Shown piece by piece: positions 1-8,626 of a DNA stretch of 24,000 nt. The stretch covers positions 42,493-66,492 of the forward strand of contig JAAUPR010000007.1 of the NCBI GenBank assembly GCA_012033055.1. The letters are read 5' to 3'. Source of the stretch: Limnothrix sp. RL_2_0 (GTDB lineage Bacteria; Cyanobacteriota; Cyanobacteriia; Cyanobacteriales; MRBY01). The notes under the pieces are model-generated. The model did no database searches. It worked only from the letters and a program-made list of their open reading frames with translations, and had not been told where the DNA came from. The position numbers and the translations under genes were made by a program. How positions within the stretch are numbered: the stretch's first letter is position 1; each line of letters opens with the position of its first letter.

Positions 1-857
1 GCCCCATACAACGCACTAATCGCTGCCCAGATCGCTAACCACGGTGCAACCACACTCCAAGCTTCAGGGAATAGGCCAAGACCAAATCGCAAAAGGCCGT
101 AAGTGCCCAATTTTAACAAAACGCCTGCAAGAATTACGGAGACTGGGGTTGAGGCTTCCACGTGGGCATCGGGTAACCATGTGTGGAAGGGGAGAAACGG
201 AATTTTGATGCCAAAGCCCACCACAATGCCAGCGAGTAATAGCAATTGGGACGCCATGGGCAGGGAGGTATTTTGCAGGGCGGTGTAGGCAAAAGTGTTG
301 GCGCCGCTAAGGAAAGTGAGACCCAAAAATGAGGCTAGGAGCAGAATGCCGGAGACTGCGGTGTATAGCAAAAATTTGATCGCGGCATAACCTCGTCTTT
401 TGCCGCCCCAGATGGCAATGAGGAAGTACAGGGGGATAATTTCAATTTCGTAGAAGAGGAAAAAGAGCAGAACATCTTGGGCGAGGAATGCGCCGTTAAC
501 GCTGGCTTGGAGCAGTAAAAATAGGGCGAAGTAAAAGCGGGGACGGTGAATCTCTTTGCTACTAATCCAAATGGCGACCAGGGTTAGCAGGCCATTGAGT
601 ACCATCAGGGGCAAGGATAGGCCATCGATCGCAATGTCGTAGTTGAGACCGAGCCATTCTACCCAAGGGATATGTTCGGCAAATTGTAATCCGGCGATCG
701 CCACATCATAGTTAATAGCAATCCACAGACCCCAGCCAAACACACAAAAGGATGACACCAAAGCAATATTGCGCGGCGTTTGGCTATTTTCAGCCGGGGG
801 AATAACGGCAATGATTAATGCTCCGATCAAGGGTAGCCAGATTAAGGCACTCAGCAT
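1..857 (-). CDS. ndhD: NAD(P)H-quinone oxidoreductase subunit 4 (NdhD; D3/D4 CO2-uptake type by context), 3' end cut by window edge
   Basis: Hand translation of the reverse complement from ATG (855-857) gives MLSALIWLPLIGALIIAVIPPAENSQTPRNIALVSSFCVFGWGLWI..., a typical polytopic NdhD N-terminus. The frame stays open to position 1. It lies 100 nt downstream of ndhF on the same strand. It is absent from the ORF track only because no stop falls in the window. Confidence 0.85.
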   Translation of the reverse strand, partial: MLSALIWLPLIGALIIAVIPPAENSQTPRNIALVSSFCVFGWGLWIAINYDVAIAGLQFAEHIPWVEWLGLNYDIAIDGLSLPLMVLNGLLTLVAIWISSKEIHRPRFYFALFLLLQASVNGAFLAQDVLLFFLFYEIEIIPLYFLIAIWGGKRRGYAAIKFLLYTAVSGILLLASFLGLTFLSGANTFAYTALQNTSLPMASQLLLLAGIVVGFGIKIPFLPFHTWLPDAHVEASTPVSVILAGVLLKLGTYGLLRFGLGLFPEAWSVVAPWLAIWAAISALYG

Positions 858-957
858 TCTTTTCTCCGAAATTGATAAAAGGAAATTAAAAAAAGAGTTA
901 AAAACAGGGTTTAAAAAAGTTTTGTAATTTGCTGTGATATTTTAATGCCCCAAGCAG

Positions 958-2859
958 TTAGGCAAGCTGTTTAGACCAAAACTCAAAAATCGTCGTCCAT
1001 TGCCCAGTAAACATAAACCAACCTAGGGCGAGACCAATGCCGATCACGATGGTCAAAATATAAAATTGCGATTGCCCAGAGACGTTATATTTTAGAGCGC
1101 TGCCCCCAAAGAGAGTGGCAAAACCAGTGAGGTTTACAAAGCCATCCACAACGTAGCGATCAATCCACGCCATCACTTTAGACAGTTGAGAAACCATCAA
1201 AACAACAGTGAAGTTATAGGCACGGTCAATGTAGAAATCGTAGGCTAGTAAGTCCTGTATAAATCTTAGGTAAAACTGGGTAGGACGGCTCATGGAACGA
1301 CTCAGGGGAATGAGTAAGCCCACAACGACACCTAAGGCTCCGGCAGTGATTAACATTGGCATCGCGAGGGTGACAATTAACGTCCGTGCAAGAAAGTCGT
1401 TGCCCGGAGACCAAGTCAAGAGCAGTTGCCAGCGTTGGAGTAGTAGGGGGACTAATAATGTCAAAATCGTGCCCGTCACCATGGGAAAGGCCATTAGCCA
1501 AATAACCTCTGGCGATCGCCTAGTTTTCTGCTGGGGTTTACCTAAGAACACAAGACGAAATAGCCGCGTCAAATTGATGCTAGTAAAGAAATTGACCCCC
1601 ACGAGGAGTACCAGTAGCCAGATCGGCGTTTCCCAGAAACCATTCACCCAGCGACGCATTGTCCAAAATGTCCCAAAGGGAAACAAGCAAACCAGTCCCG
1701 CCGAACCCACAATAAATGCCGTGGTCGTTGCCGGCATCCGTGACCATAAACCACCCATTTCCGTAATGTTCTGACCGTGGGTATTGAGAATAATGCCGCC
1801 GATGCTCATGAATAAAACAGCCTTGGCGATCGCATGGGTTAGCAAAAGTAACAAAGCGATATCAATCTGATCCAGTCCCACCGCAATAAAAACCAAACCC
1901 ATATAAGCACTCGTCGAGTGAGACAGAGCACGCTTAATATCAATTTGTGCCAGCGCCACCAACGATGCCCCCACCGCCGTGATCGTGCCGATGATAATCA
2001 ATGCATCCGACGTGACCGGCGTAATCGTATACACAGGCTCCATCTTTAGCAGCACAAACGCACCCGCTGAAACCACAACTGTATTTCGGATAATCCCCGC
2101 CGGATTAGGCCCCTCCATCGCCTCATCTAGCCATAAATTCAACGGAAACTGCGCACATTTACCAACCGGCCCCGCAATGAGTGCCAAACCTAACAAACTG
2201 CATTCCCAAGGCGTTAGGGGAGGATTTGCCGCCCATGCTTCCAACTCACTAAAGGTCAGACCAGTGCCATAGCTCGATAGGGTAACAATCCCCATCAGGA
2301 GCAAAATATCACCCACCCGTTTCGTTAAAAATGCATCCCGTGCAGCAGTCACCACAAGGGGTTGAGCGTACCAAAAACCGACTAAAAGATAAGTTGAAAA
2401 AGTTAAAATTTCGAGTAAGCCATAACTCAGCAATAAGGAATCGCTGATAGCTAGACCAGATAATGCTGCTTCAAATAAACCCATCAGGCCATAAAAGCGG
2501 GCGATCGACCAGTCTTTTTCCATGTAGCCCAAGGCAAAAACTTGGGCGAGGAGACAAATCGCAGTAACTAGTTCCATGGCCCCCAAATTCACTGGGGAGA
2601 TTTCGATGACAAGGGATAGCTGGAGGTCTGCCACATGGAGCCACTCTAAGGAAAGTTGCTGCGGTGGACTATGCCATAGGTTCGTAAAAGCCCATGTTCC
2701 ATGGACAAAGCCAATGAATGTCATGAACAGGTTGATGTAGGCGGCTGGGCGAGGGCCGGTACGGCGAATAAGACCCACAGACCAAGGTAAGGTCAAGAAT
2801 GCTCCAATGATTCCGTAGACCGGCACTAGCCATAGGTTATGTAAAAAAAATTCACTCAT
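958..2859 (-). CDS. ndhF: NAD(P)H-quinone oxidoreductase subunit 5 (NdhF), short F3/F4 type associated with CO2-uptake NDH-1 complexes
   Basis: 633-aa polytopic ORF with NuoL/NdhF hallmarks (GPRPAAYINL, LVGFWY..PLVVTAARDAFLTKRVGD, KCAQFPLNLWLDEAMEGP). It is shorter than my recollection of NdhF1. An ndhD gene follows directly, as in ndhF3/D3 or ndhF4/D4 operons. I cannot distinguish F3 from F4 by eye. Confidence 0.9.
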   Translation of the reverse strand: MSEFFLHNLWLVPVYGIIGAFLTLPWSVGLIRRTGPRPAAYINLFMTFIGFVHGTWAFTNLWHSPPQQLSLEWLHVADLQLSLVIEISPVNLGAMELVTAICLLAQVFALGYMEKDWSIARFYGLMGLFEAALSGLAISDSLLLSYGLLEILTFSTYLLVGFWYAQPLVVTAARDAFLTKRVGDILLLMGIVTLSSYGTGLTFSELEAWAANPPLTPWECSLLGLALIAGPVGKCAQFPLNLWLDEAMEGPNPAGIIRNTVVVSAGAFVLLKMEPVYTITPVTSDALIIIGTITAVGASLVALAQIDIKRALSHSTSAYMGLVFIAVGLDQIDIALLLLLTHAIAKAVLFMSIGGIILNTHGQNITEMGGLWSRMPATTTAFIVGSAGLVCLFPFGTFWTMRRWVNGFWETPIWLLVLLVGVNFFTSINLTRLFRLVFLGKPQQKTRRSPEVIWLMAFPMVTGTILTLLVPLLLQRWQLLLTWSPGNDFLARTLIVTLAMPMLITAGALGVVVGLLIPLSRSMSRPTQFYLRFIQDLLAYDFYIDRAYNFTVVLMVSQLSKVMAWIDRYVVDGFVNLTGFATLFGGSALKYNVSGQSQFYILTIVIGIGLALGWFMFTGQWTTIFEFWSKQLA

Positions 2860-3259
2860 GGAGGGATTCTGGATGATTCACGATAGGAAGTTTTGTGCTG
2901 CTCGTAGTGCACAGGATGCTTAAGCAATTTTCTTATAGATGTTGTAAGAGAGTTTAATTGATTGCTTACCCATTACCCAAAGGTTTGGAATTTTTAGAAT
3001 TTACAGAAACCATTACTTTGTCAAATCTTGTACCAATGATGCTACGTCTCAGGATGGTGTCGTTACACTCGGTCTAAGTAAGGTGGTTTTCAATATTTTT
3101 CCCATTGCCTACAGAAATTGCTGGTGCTGTTGATTCGGGTTGGGGCGCTTTTTCTCTGGTGAATTGCTCGTCGGCTTGGGGTCTTGGCTCAAACAGTTTT
3201 TTATTTGTTGTTTCTCGTTTTTTTTGATTTAGATTCTAGGGCGATCGCCCCCAACAATT
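2860..3259. promoter_or_regulatory. Divergent intergenic/promoter region between ndhF and the SulP transporter
   Basis: 400 nt AT/T-rich spacer between divergently oriented start codons (2859 minus, 3260 plus). It contains an 8-bp inverted repeat, TAAGCAAT (2921-2928) / ATTGCTTA (2961-2968), and CTTA-N9-TAAG (2932-2948). No promoter elements could be assigned with confidence. Confidence 0.4.
3241..3248. repeat. HIP1 octamer GCGATCGC (example copy; many copies across genes and spacers in this window)
   Basis: Exact GCGATCGC seen at, for example, 1512-1519, 3241-3248, 12110-12117, 12122-12129, 20271-20278, 20307-20314 and 23641-23648, plus many others. It is the hallmark highly iterated palindrome of cyanobacterial genomes. 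Confidence 0.95.
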
Positions 3260-4963
3260 ATGCAACTCAAGAATCGACTACTGCCCCACATCACCTTTAA
3301 ATATTGGCGAGGGGATCTATTTGGTGGATTAACTGCGGCCATTGTGGCTCTACCATTGGCGCTAGCCTTCGGTGTTTCTTCTGGGGCGGGGGCGATCGCC
3401 GGTTTGTATGGTGCGGTCTGTACTGGATTTTTTGCTGCCTTGTTTGGGGGGACTCCTTCGCAAATTTCTGGCCCTACTGGCCCCATGACTGTAGTGATGG
3501 CTACTATCTTTACGGCGGTAGCGAGTAGTGATGATCCGGCAGCCGGGTTGGCGATCGCCTTCACCATAGTGATGCTGGGGGGGCTATTTCAAATCCTGAT
3601 GGGCTTCCTACAACTAGGCAAATACATTACCCTGATTCCCTACACCGTCATTTCCGGATTCATGTCCGGCATTGGCATCATCATCATCCTGCTCCAACTC
3701 GCCCCATTCCTCGGCCATAAAGGCGCAGCCGACGTTGTCAAAGCCGTCACCACAATGCCTTACTGGATTACCCATCCAGATCCCCTTGCCACAGGTTTAG
3801 GCATCATCACCCTAGTAATCGTATTTGCCGCCCCAGCCCGCCTGAACCGGATTATTCCATCCCCCCTCCTTGCGCTGATTATCTGCACCCTGATTTCCTT
3901 AGCCTTTCCCTCAGAAGGACTGGCTCGCATTGGTGAAATCCCTAAAGGTTTGCCCGAAATTCATCTACCCGTCCTCAACTTTTTACAGCTCAAAGATATC
4001 GTCAGCTACAGCGTTATTCTGGCGACCCTAGGGGCGATCGATTCCCTCCTCACTTCCCTCGTCGCAGACAATATCACCCGTACCCAACATGACTCCGACC
4101 AAGAGCTCATTGGCCAAGGTATCGGCAACATTATTTCCGGGTTTTGTGGAGGACTCCCCGGCGCTGGCGCAACCATGCGTACTGTGATTAATGTCCGTTC
4201 TGGTGGTGTTACGTCCCTCTCCGGTATGATTCATGCAGTTGTGCTACTGATCGTGGTCTTTTGGGCAGCTCCCCTCACTGCACCCATTCCCCACGCAGTA
4301 CTTGCAGGTATTCTCATAAAAGTTGGCATCGACATTATCGACTGGGGTTTCCTCAAACGTGCCCACCGCATCTCTTTAAAAGCTGCCGCATTGATGTATG
4401 GAGTTTTGTTTTTAACCGTCTTTGTGGACTTGATCACAGCGGTAGCCGTGGGCGTTTTTATCTCCAATATGCTGGCGATGAAAGGCTTAACGGATCTCCA
4501 AATCGAAAACTTAGAAAGCGTCACATCTGCCGAAGACACAACCTACTTAAGCCCAAGGGAAAAAGAATTACTGCGCCGAGCAGAAGGAAGTATTTTCTTG
4601 TTTCACCTCAGTGGGCCAATGAGTTTTGGTGCGGCTCGGGGGATTGCCCAGCGCATGGGCATTATCGAACAATACGAAGTATTGATTTTAGATTTGTTTG
4701 AAGTGCCCTATATGGGGGTTACTGCCGCCCTTGCCGTGGAAACGATGGTTCGTGAGGCGCACGCCCAGGGTAGAGAGATCTTTTTGGTGGGCGCTCCAGA
4801 GCAAGTGCAAAAGCGTTTGGCCGCCTTTGAAATTTTGAAATTCCTCCAACCTCAAAATCGGGTTACGAATCGTCTTGAGGCTCTAGAACAGGCGATCGCC
4901 TTCATCGAAGAACACCAAAACCATCCCTCCATATCCCAAGCAACTCCTTCCCTGAGAGAATAA
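3260..4963 (+). CDS. bicA: SulP-family anion transporter with C-terminal STAS domain, BicA-like bicarbonate transporter
   Basis: 567 aa. The N-terminus (RGDLFGGLTAAIVALPLALAFGVSSGAGA..GLYGAV..GFFAALFGGTP.QISGPTGPMTVVM) and the PYTVISGFMSGIGIII motif match SulP. They also match my recollection of PCC 7002 BicA (about 566 aa). The C-terminal STAS region reads IFLFHLSGPMSFGAA. It sits within a CCM gene cluster. The family call is strong; bicarbonate as substrate is inferred. Confidence 0.8.
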   Translation: MQLKNRLLPHITFKYWRGDLFGGLTAAIVALPLALAFGVSSGAGAIAGLYGAVCTGFFAALFGGTPSQISGPTGPMTVVMATIFTAVASSDDPAAGLAIAFTIVMLGGLFQILMGFLQLGKYITLIPYTVISGFMSGIGIIIILLQLAPFLGHKGAADVVKAVTTMPYWITHPDPLATGLGIITLVIVFAAPARLNRIIPSPLLALIICTLISLAFPSEGLARIGEIPKGLPEIHLPVLNFLQLKDIVSYSVILATLGAIDSLLTSLVADNITRTQHDSDQELIGQGIGNIISGFCGGLPGAGATMRTVINVRSGGVTSLSGMIHAVVLLIVVFWAAPLTAPIPHAVLAGILIKVGIDIIDWGFLKRAHRISLKAAALMYGVLFLTVFVDLITAVAVGVFISNMLAMKGLTDLQIENLESVTSAEDTTYLSPREKELLRRAEGSIFLFHLSGPMSFGAARGIAQRMGIIEQYEVLILDLFEVPYMGVTAALAVETMVREAHAQGREIFLVGAPEQVQKRLAAFEILKFLQPQNRVTNRLEALEQAIAFIEEHQNHPSISQATPSLRE

Positions 4964-5340
4964 CTAAAAGAGACTCCTAGAATTTTCTGTAGCGACACTA
5001 TACAAAATCAAACACTAAATCCATCAAGAAGCATCAGCTCTCCTTAAGACGCATATTACGAATTATCATTGCAGTTTATGTTGTCAAAGGTGCCATAGTT
5101 GCTTATGCTCTTTCATAGCTTGCAGACAAAAGAGTGGACTCGTAAGAAGTTTAAACCCATTGCTTCCCACGAAATATTCTGAGAAGAAGTCATTTATTCG
5201 ACTTTCTGAAATGTAAAGTAAGTATCGTTCTTGTCACGGCTTCATGACATAAGTCTGGACGTTTGACAAGTACGAAAAATTTAAGACTTTAGTTCTTTAC
5301 CCTTTAAGATTTTAAGCTTGATAAGCGAGGATATAAGTAC

Positions 5341-5652
5341 ATGCCTATTGCAGTTGGAATGATCGAAACTCGTGGCTTCCCTGCTGTTGTGGAAGCTGCT
5401 GACGCCATGGTGAAAGCCGCTCGTGTCACCCTAGTTGGTTATGAAAAAATCGGTAGCGGCCGCGTAACAGTAATCGTTCGTGGTGATGTCTCCGAAGTTC
5501 AGGCTTCCGTTTCCGCCGGAGTTGAGAATGCGAACCGGGTTAACGGTGGCGAAGTTCTCTCCACCCACATTATTGCTCGTCCTCACGAAAACCTTGAATA
5601 CGTTCTCCCCATTCGCTACACCGAAGAAGTAGAGCAGTTCAGAACCTATTAA
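5341..5652 (+). CDS. ccmK2: Carboxysome shell hexamer protein CcmK (103-aa form, CcmK2-like)
   Basis: BMC-H domain: [62 protein letters not shown] Shine-Dalgarno at 5326-5330. It is first of two tandem ccmK genes; the 103 aa then 112 aa order resembles ccmK2-ccmK1 of Synechocystis and PCC 7002. Confidence 0.95.
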   Translation: MPIAVGMIETRGFPAVVEAADAMVKAARVTLVGYEKIGSGRVTVIVRGDVSEVQASVSAGVENANRVNGGEVLSTHIIARPHENLEYVLPIRYTEEVEQFRTY

Positions 5653-5660
5653 ATCTTTCA

Positions 5661-5707
5661 GAGTAGCTAAATATTGGGCGTCTTGAGCTGCGTTCCTTTA
5701 GCTACTC
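5661..5707 (+). promoter_or_regulatory. Intercistronic RNA stem-loop between the two ccmK genes
   Basis: Perfect 11-bp inverted repeat GAGTAGCTAAA (5661-5671) / TTTAGCTACTC (5697-5707) with a 25-nt loop. It starts 9 nt after the ccmK2 stop. No adjacent U-tract follows. Confidence 0.55.
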
Positions 5708-5746
5708 CCATAATCGTATTTTTATAAATAAGAGGAGCAATTCTTT

Positions 5747-6085
5747 ATGTCTATTGCAGTTGGAATGGTAGAGACTCTCGGTTTCCCCGCAGTGGTAGAA
5801 GCCGCTGATGCTATGGTGAAAGCCGCTCGCGTGACCCTAGTTGGTTACGAGAAAATTGGTAGCGGTCGCGTCACTGTTATCGTTCGTGGTGATGTTTCTG
5901 AAGTCCAAGCTTCCGTAAGCGCTGGTACTGACAATGTGAGTCGTGTTAATGGTGGGCAAGTACTTTCCACTCATATCATTGCTCGCCCCCATGAGAACCT
6001 TGAGTATGTTCTCCCCATCCGCTACACCGAGGCTGTAGAGCAGTTCCGTGAAAGCGTTAATCCCCAACCTCTGAGAAGAGTCTAA
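5747..6085 (+). CDS. ccmK1: Carboxysome shell hexamer protein CcmK (112-aa form, CcmK1-like)
   Basis: BMC-H domain nearly identical in protein to the upstream paralog, with many synonymous DNA differences and a C-terminal extension ([11 protein letters not shown]). AGAGGAG Shine-Dalgarno upstream. Confidence 0.95.
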
Positions 6086-6122
6086 TCATCTAACTTTTTA
6101 TTTGTTTGAGTTATAAATTTTC

Positions 6123-6431
6123 ATGCAAATTGCCAAAGTTCGTGGCACTGTTGTCAGCACTTACAAAGCCGAAAGCCTCCGGGGAATCAAGTTTTTATTG
6201 GTCCAGTTTATGGATGAAGAAGGACAGCCTCTCCCCAAGTATGAAGTGGCCGGTGATGTAGTAGGTGCTGGCATCAACGAGTGGGTTCTCGTGAGTCGTG
6301 GCAGTGCTGCGCGTAAGGAATCAGGGATGGAAACCCGTCCTTTAGATGCAATGGTTGTGGGGATTATTGACACAGTAAATGTGGAAAATCGATCTCTCTA
6401 TAGCAAGAAAGATGCTGACCGTCTTGGTTAG
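6123..6431 (+). CDS. ccmL: Carboxysome shell vertex (pentamer) protein CcmL
   Basis: 102 aa, EutN/CcmL fold signature: MQIAKVRGTVVSTYK...LLVQ..DE.G......VA.D.VGAG..EWVL...GSAAR. It occupies the canonical position between ccmK and ccmM. Confidence 0.95.
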   Translation: MQIAKVRGTVVSTYKAESLRGIKFLLVQFMDEEGQPLPKYEVAGDVVGAGINEWVLVSRGSAARKESGMETRPLDAMVVGIIDTVNVENRSLYSKKDADRLG

Positions 6432-6545
6432 TGTTTTGGTTGTTAGCCGTTAATTGTCTTTTGTTCTTTTTTCTTGGCTTGTAGGGGAATTATGGATGGT
6501 TTAGCAAGGTGAGCATAACAGCATTGTGAGAGGAGGAATCGAGTC

Positions 6546-8513
6546 ATGGTAGTCCGCAGAAGAGCGGCGCCCCCTACCCCTTGGTCTAAGGATTTGGCAG
6601 AGCCGAAGATTGATGAGAGTGCTTATGTGCATTCTTTTTCTAACCTTATTGGTAATGTCACCGTTGGAAAGAATGTTCTTATTTCCCCGGGTACTTCGAT
6701 TAGAGCGGATGAAGGTACGCCTTTTTATATTGGGGCAGCGACAAATATCCAAGATGGTGTCGTTATCCATGGCTTAGAGCATGGTCGTGTCGTCGGTGGG
6801 GACGGGCAGAATTATTCTGTCTGGATTGGCGATCGCTCCTGTATCACCCATATGGCACTGGTTCATGGACCGGCTTTTGTGGGAAATGACTGTTTTATCG
6901 GCTTTCGTTCGACTGTCTTCAATGCGAGGATCGGCGATGGTTGTATCGTCATGATGCATGCCTTAATTCAGGATGTCGAGATTCCTCCCGGCAAATATGT
7001 TCCTTCTGGGGCTGTGATCACGAACCAGCAGCAGGTGGAAAGACTCTCTAATGTGACTGAAGCGGACAAAGCTTTCGCAAAGCACGTTGTTGAGGTCAAT
7101 GAGGCACTCCTTGAGGGTTACCAATGTGCAAGTGATGATACTTGTATGTCGGCTCATCAAGAGCAGTTGGATGCCTCTCCAAGTAATAACGGTACTAGCG
7201 AAAATCAATCGGTGGGCAATATGAGTTTAAATGCGGATATTCTTAGCCAGTTGCGCGGGCTGACGGCTCAGGGCTGTACTTTCACAGCAGAGCATGCAAA
7301 TAAGCGTCGATTTAAAACGAAGTCTTGGTTAAGTGCGGGGTTTGTTGAAGGTCGTAGTGCTGATCAAATCATGGCAAATCTCAATGGCGTTCTAGCGGAA
7401 TGTCAGGGGGAGTATGTTCAGTTGATTGCGGTTGACCCGAACACGAAAAAACGTGCAGCTGAAATTATTGTGCAGCGTCCGGGCGACAGTGCGCCAACGG
7501 GTAGCCACACTTCTTTTGCGGCTTCTAGTGCGCTATCCACTTCTGGTGGTGGTGGTGCGATCGCCTCGTCTAACGGTGGTGATGTGGCCTCCCAAATTGC
7601 GGCATTAGCAAGTCAAGGTTGTACCTTTACAGCAGAACATGCGAATGCGCGTCGCTTTAAGACAAAGTCTTGGCTCAGTGCAGGTTTTGTGGAAGGTCGT
7701 ACTGTCGATCAAATTCTTGGCAATTTAAACTCTGTTTTGACGCAATGTGCTGGAGAATATGTCCAGTTAATTGCAGTGGATCCGAATACGAAGAGCCGAG
7801 CTGCCGAAATTATTGTGCAACGTCCCGGAGAACAGGTCGCGATTTCTCATAGTGGTGGTCATAACGGTCATGCTTCTAGATCTGCATCGGTAACTGTGCC
7901 TTCTGGTGATGTCACGACCCAAGTGAGTGGTTTGGTAGCCCAAGGTTGTACTTTTACGGCAGAACATGCGAGTGCTCGTCGTTTTAAAACGAAGTCTTGG
8001 TTGAGTGCTGGGTTTGTAGAGGGTCATGGTGCTAATCAAATCGTCGCTCAAGCTCAGGCGATCGCCGCCCAATTCCCCAAAGAATATGTCCAGCTCATTG
8101 CCGTTGATCCGAACAGCAAGCGTCGAGCCGCTGAAATTATTATCCAACGCCCCGGTGCCGCAACGCCTGTGCAAAGTTCTGGCAGCAGTGTTAGTTATGC
8201 CAGTTCCTCTAACAGCAACAGTGCTAGCAATGGATATTCCAGCAGCAGCAGTAGTTTGAGCAGTGAAGTCGTGTCCCAAGTGCGATCTCTTCTGATGCAA
8301 GGCTATAAAATTACGACAGAACACGCAGATAAGCGACGTTTTCGTACTAAATCTTGGAAAAGCTGCAGTCCCATTGAAAGCACTCAAGAAAGTGAAGTAT
8401 TGCGGCGTCTAGAAGCCTGTGCCCAAGACCATGCTGGTGAGTACGTACAAATGATTGGTATCGATACTGCGGCCAAGCGTCGTGTATTGGAAACGATTAT
8501 CCAACGTCCATAG
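6546..8513 (+). CDS. ccmM: Carboxysome assembly protein CcmM: N-terminal gamma-carbonic-anhydrase-like domain plus four RbcS-like (SSUL) modules
   Basis: 655 aa. The left-handed beta-helix gamma-CA region (residues about 1-200) carries [26 protein letters not shown]. Four repeats follow, each with the motif [14 protein letters not shown]...[22 protein letters not shown], separated by Ser/Gly-rich linkers. GAGGAGG Shine-Dalgarno at 6530-6536. Confidence 0.97.
   Translation: MVVRRRAAPPTPWSKDLAEPKIDESAYVHSFSNLIGNVTVGKNVLISPGTSIRADEGTPFYIGAATNIQDGVVIHGLEHGRVVGGDGQNYSVWIGDRSCITHMALVHGPAFVGNDCFIGFRSTVFNARIGDGCIVMMHALIQDVEIPPGKYVPSGAVITNQQQVERLSNVTEADKAFAKHVVEVNEALLEGYQCASDDTCMSAHQEQLDASPSNNGTSENQSVGNMSLNADILSQLRGLTAQGCTFTAEHANKRRFKTKSWLSAGFVEGRSADQIMANLNGVLAECQGEYVQLIAVDPNTKKRAAEIIVQRPGDSAPTGSHTSFAASSALSTSGGGGAIASSNGGDVASQIAALASQGCTFTAEHANARRFKTKSWLSAGFVEGRTVDQILGNLNSVLTQCAGEYVQLIAVDPNTKSRAAEIIVQRPGEQVAISHSGGHNGHASRSASVTVPSGDVTTQVSGLVAQGCTFTAEHASARRFKTKSWLSAGFVEGHGANQIVAQAQAIAAQFPKEYVQLIAVDPNSKRRAAEIIIQRPGAATPVQSSGSSVSYASSSNSNSASNGYSSSSSSLSSEVVSQVRSLLMQGYKITTEHADKRRFRTKSWKSCSPIESTQESEVLRRLEACAQDHAGEYVQMIGIDTAAKRRVLETIIQRP
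7236..8510 (+). repeat. Intragenic tandem array of four SSUL (RbcS-like) coding modules within ccmM
   Basis: Approximate modules are 7236-7484, 7581-7829, 7908-8156 and 8265-8510. Modules 1-3 are also clearly similar at the DNA level. Module 4 is divergent ([18 protein letters not shown]). Confidence 0.9.
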
Positions 8514-8626
8514 CATAGATCTTAAAAGATCAAAAATTGGGGGTGAATCACTCGCCCCCGAGATCTGCCCCTAGACTTTTTTACTCTCGCTAGTGTTTTT
8601 AATAAAATCACTTTCCCAGAAACCTT

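Noticed and set aside
103-288. 61-aa plus-strand ORF at the left edge
   Set aside because: It lies entirely antisense within the clearly coding ndhD frame. It has no recognisable motifs and is probably a shadow ORF.
1226-2272. ORFs 1226-1501(-), 1292-1774(+) and 1979-2272(+) overlapping ndhF
   Set aside because: They are alternative-frame or antisense ORFs inside a well-supported 633-aa NdhF gene. Their products are low-complexity and Arg/Pro/Ser-rich, typical of off-frame translation.
3229-4701. ORFs 3229-3567(-), 3304-3528(+), 4028-4234(-), 4231-4539(-) and 4261-4701(+) overlapping the SulP gene
   Set aside because: They are shadow ORFs of the SulP transporter gene. None has family motifs, and the transporter frame explains the region.
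6161-8387. Antisense or alternate-frame ORFs within ccmL and ccmM, including the 206-aa ORF 7767-8387(-)
   Set aside because: The long antisense ORF is a by-product of the repetitive, stop-poor SSUL coding repeats. Its translation is compositionally odd (Thr/Arg/Ser-rich) with no motifs.
7236-8510. Periodic DNA repeats of roughly 330-350 nt that could be mistaken for a CRISPR or satellite array
   Set aside because: The repeats are about 250 nt coding modules (SSUL domains) in one continuous ORF with variable linkers, not short direct repeats with unique spacers.
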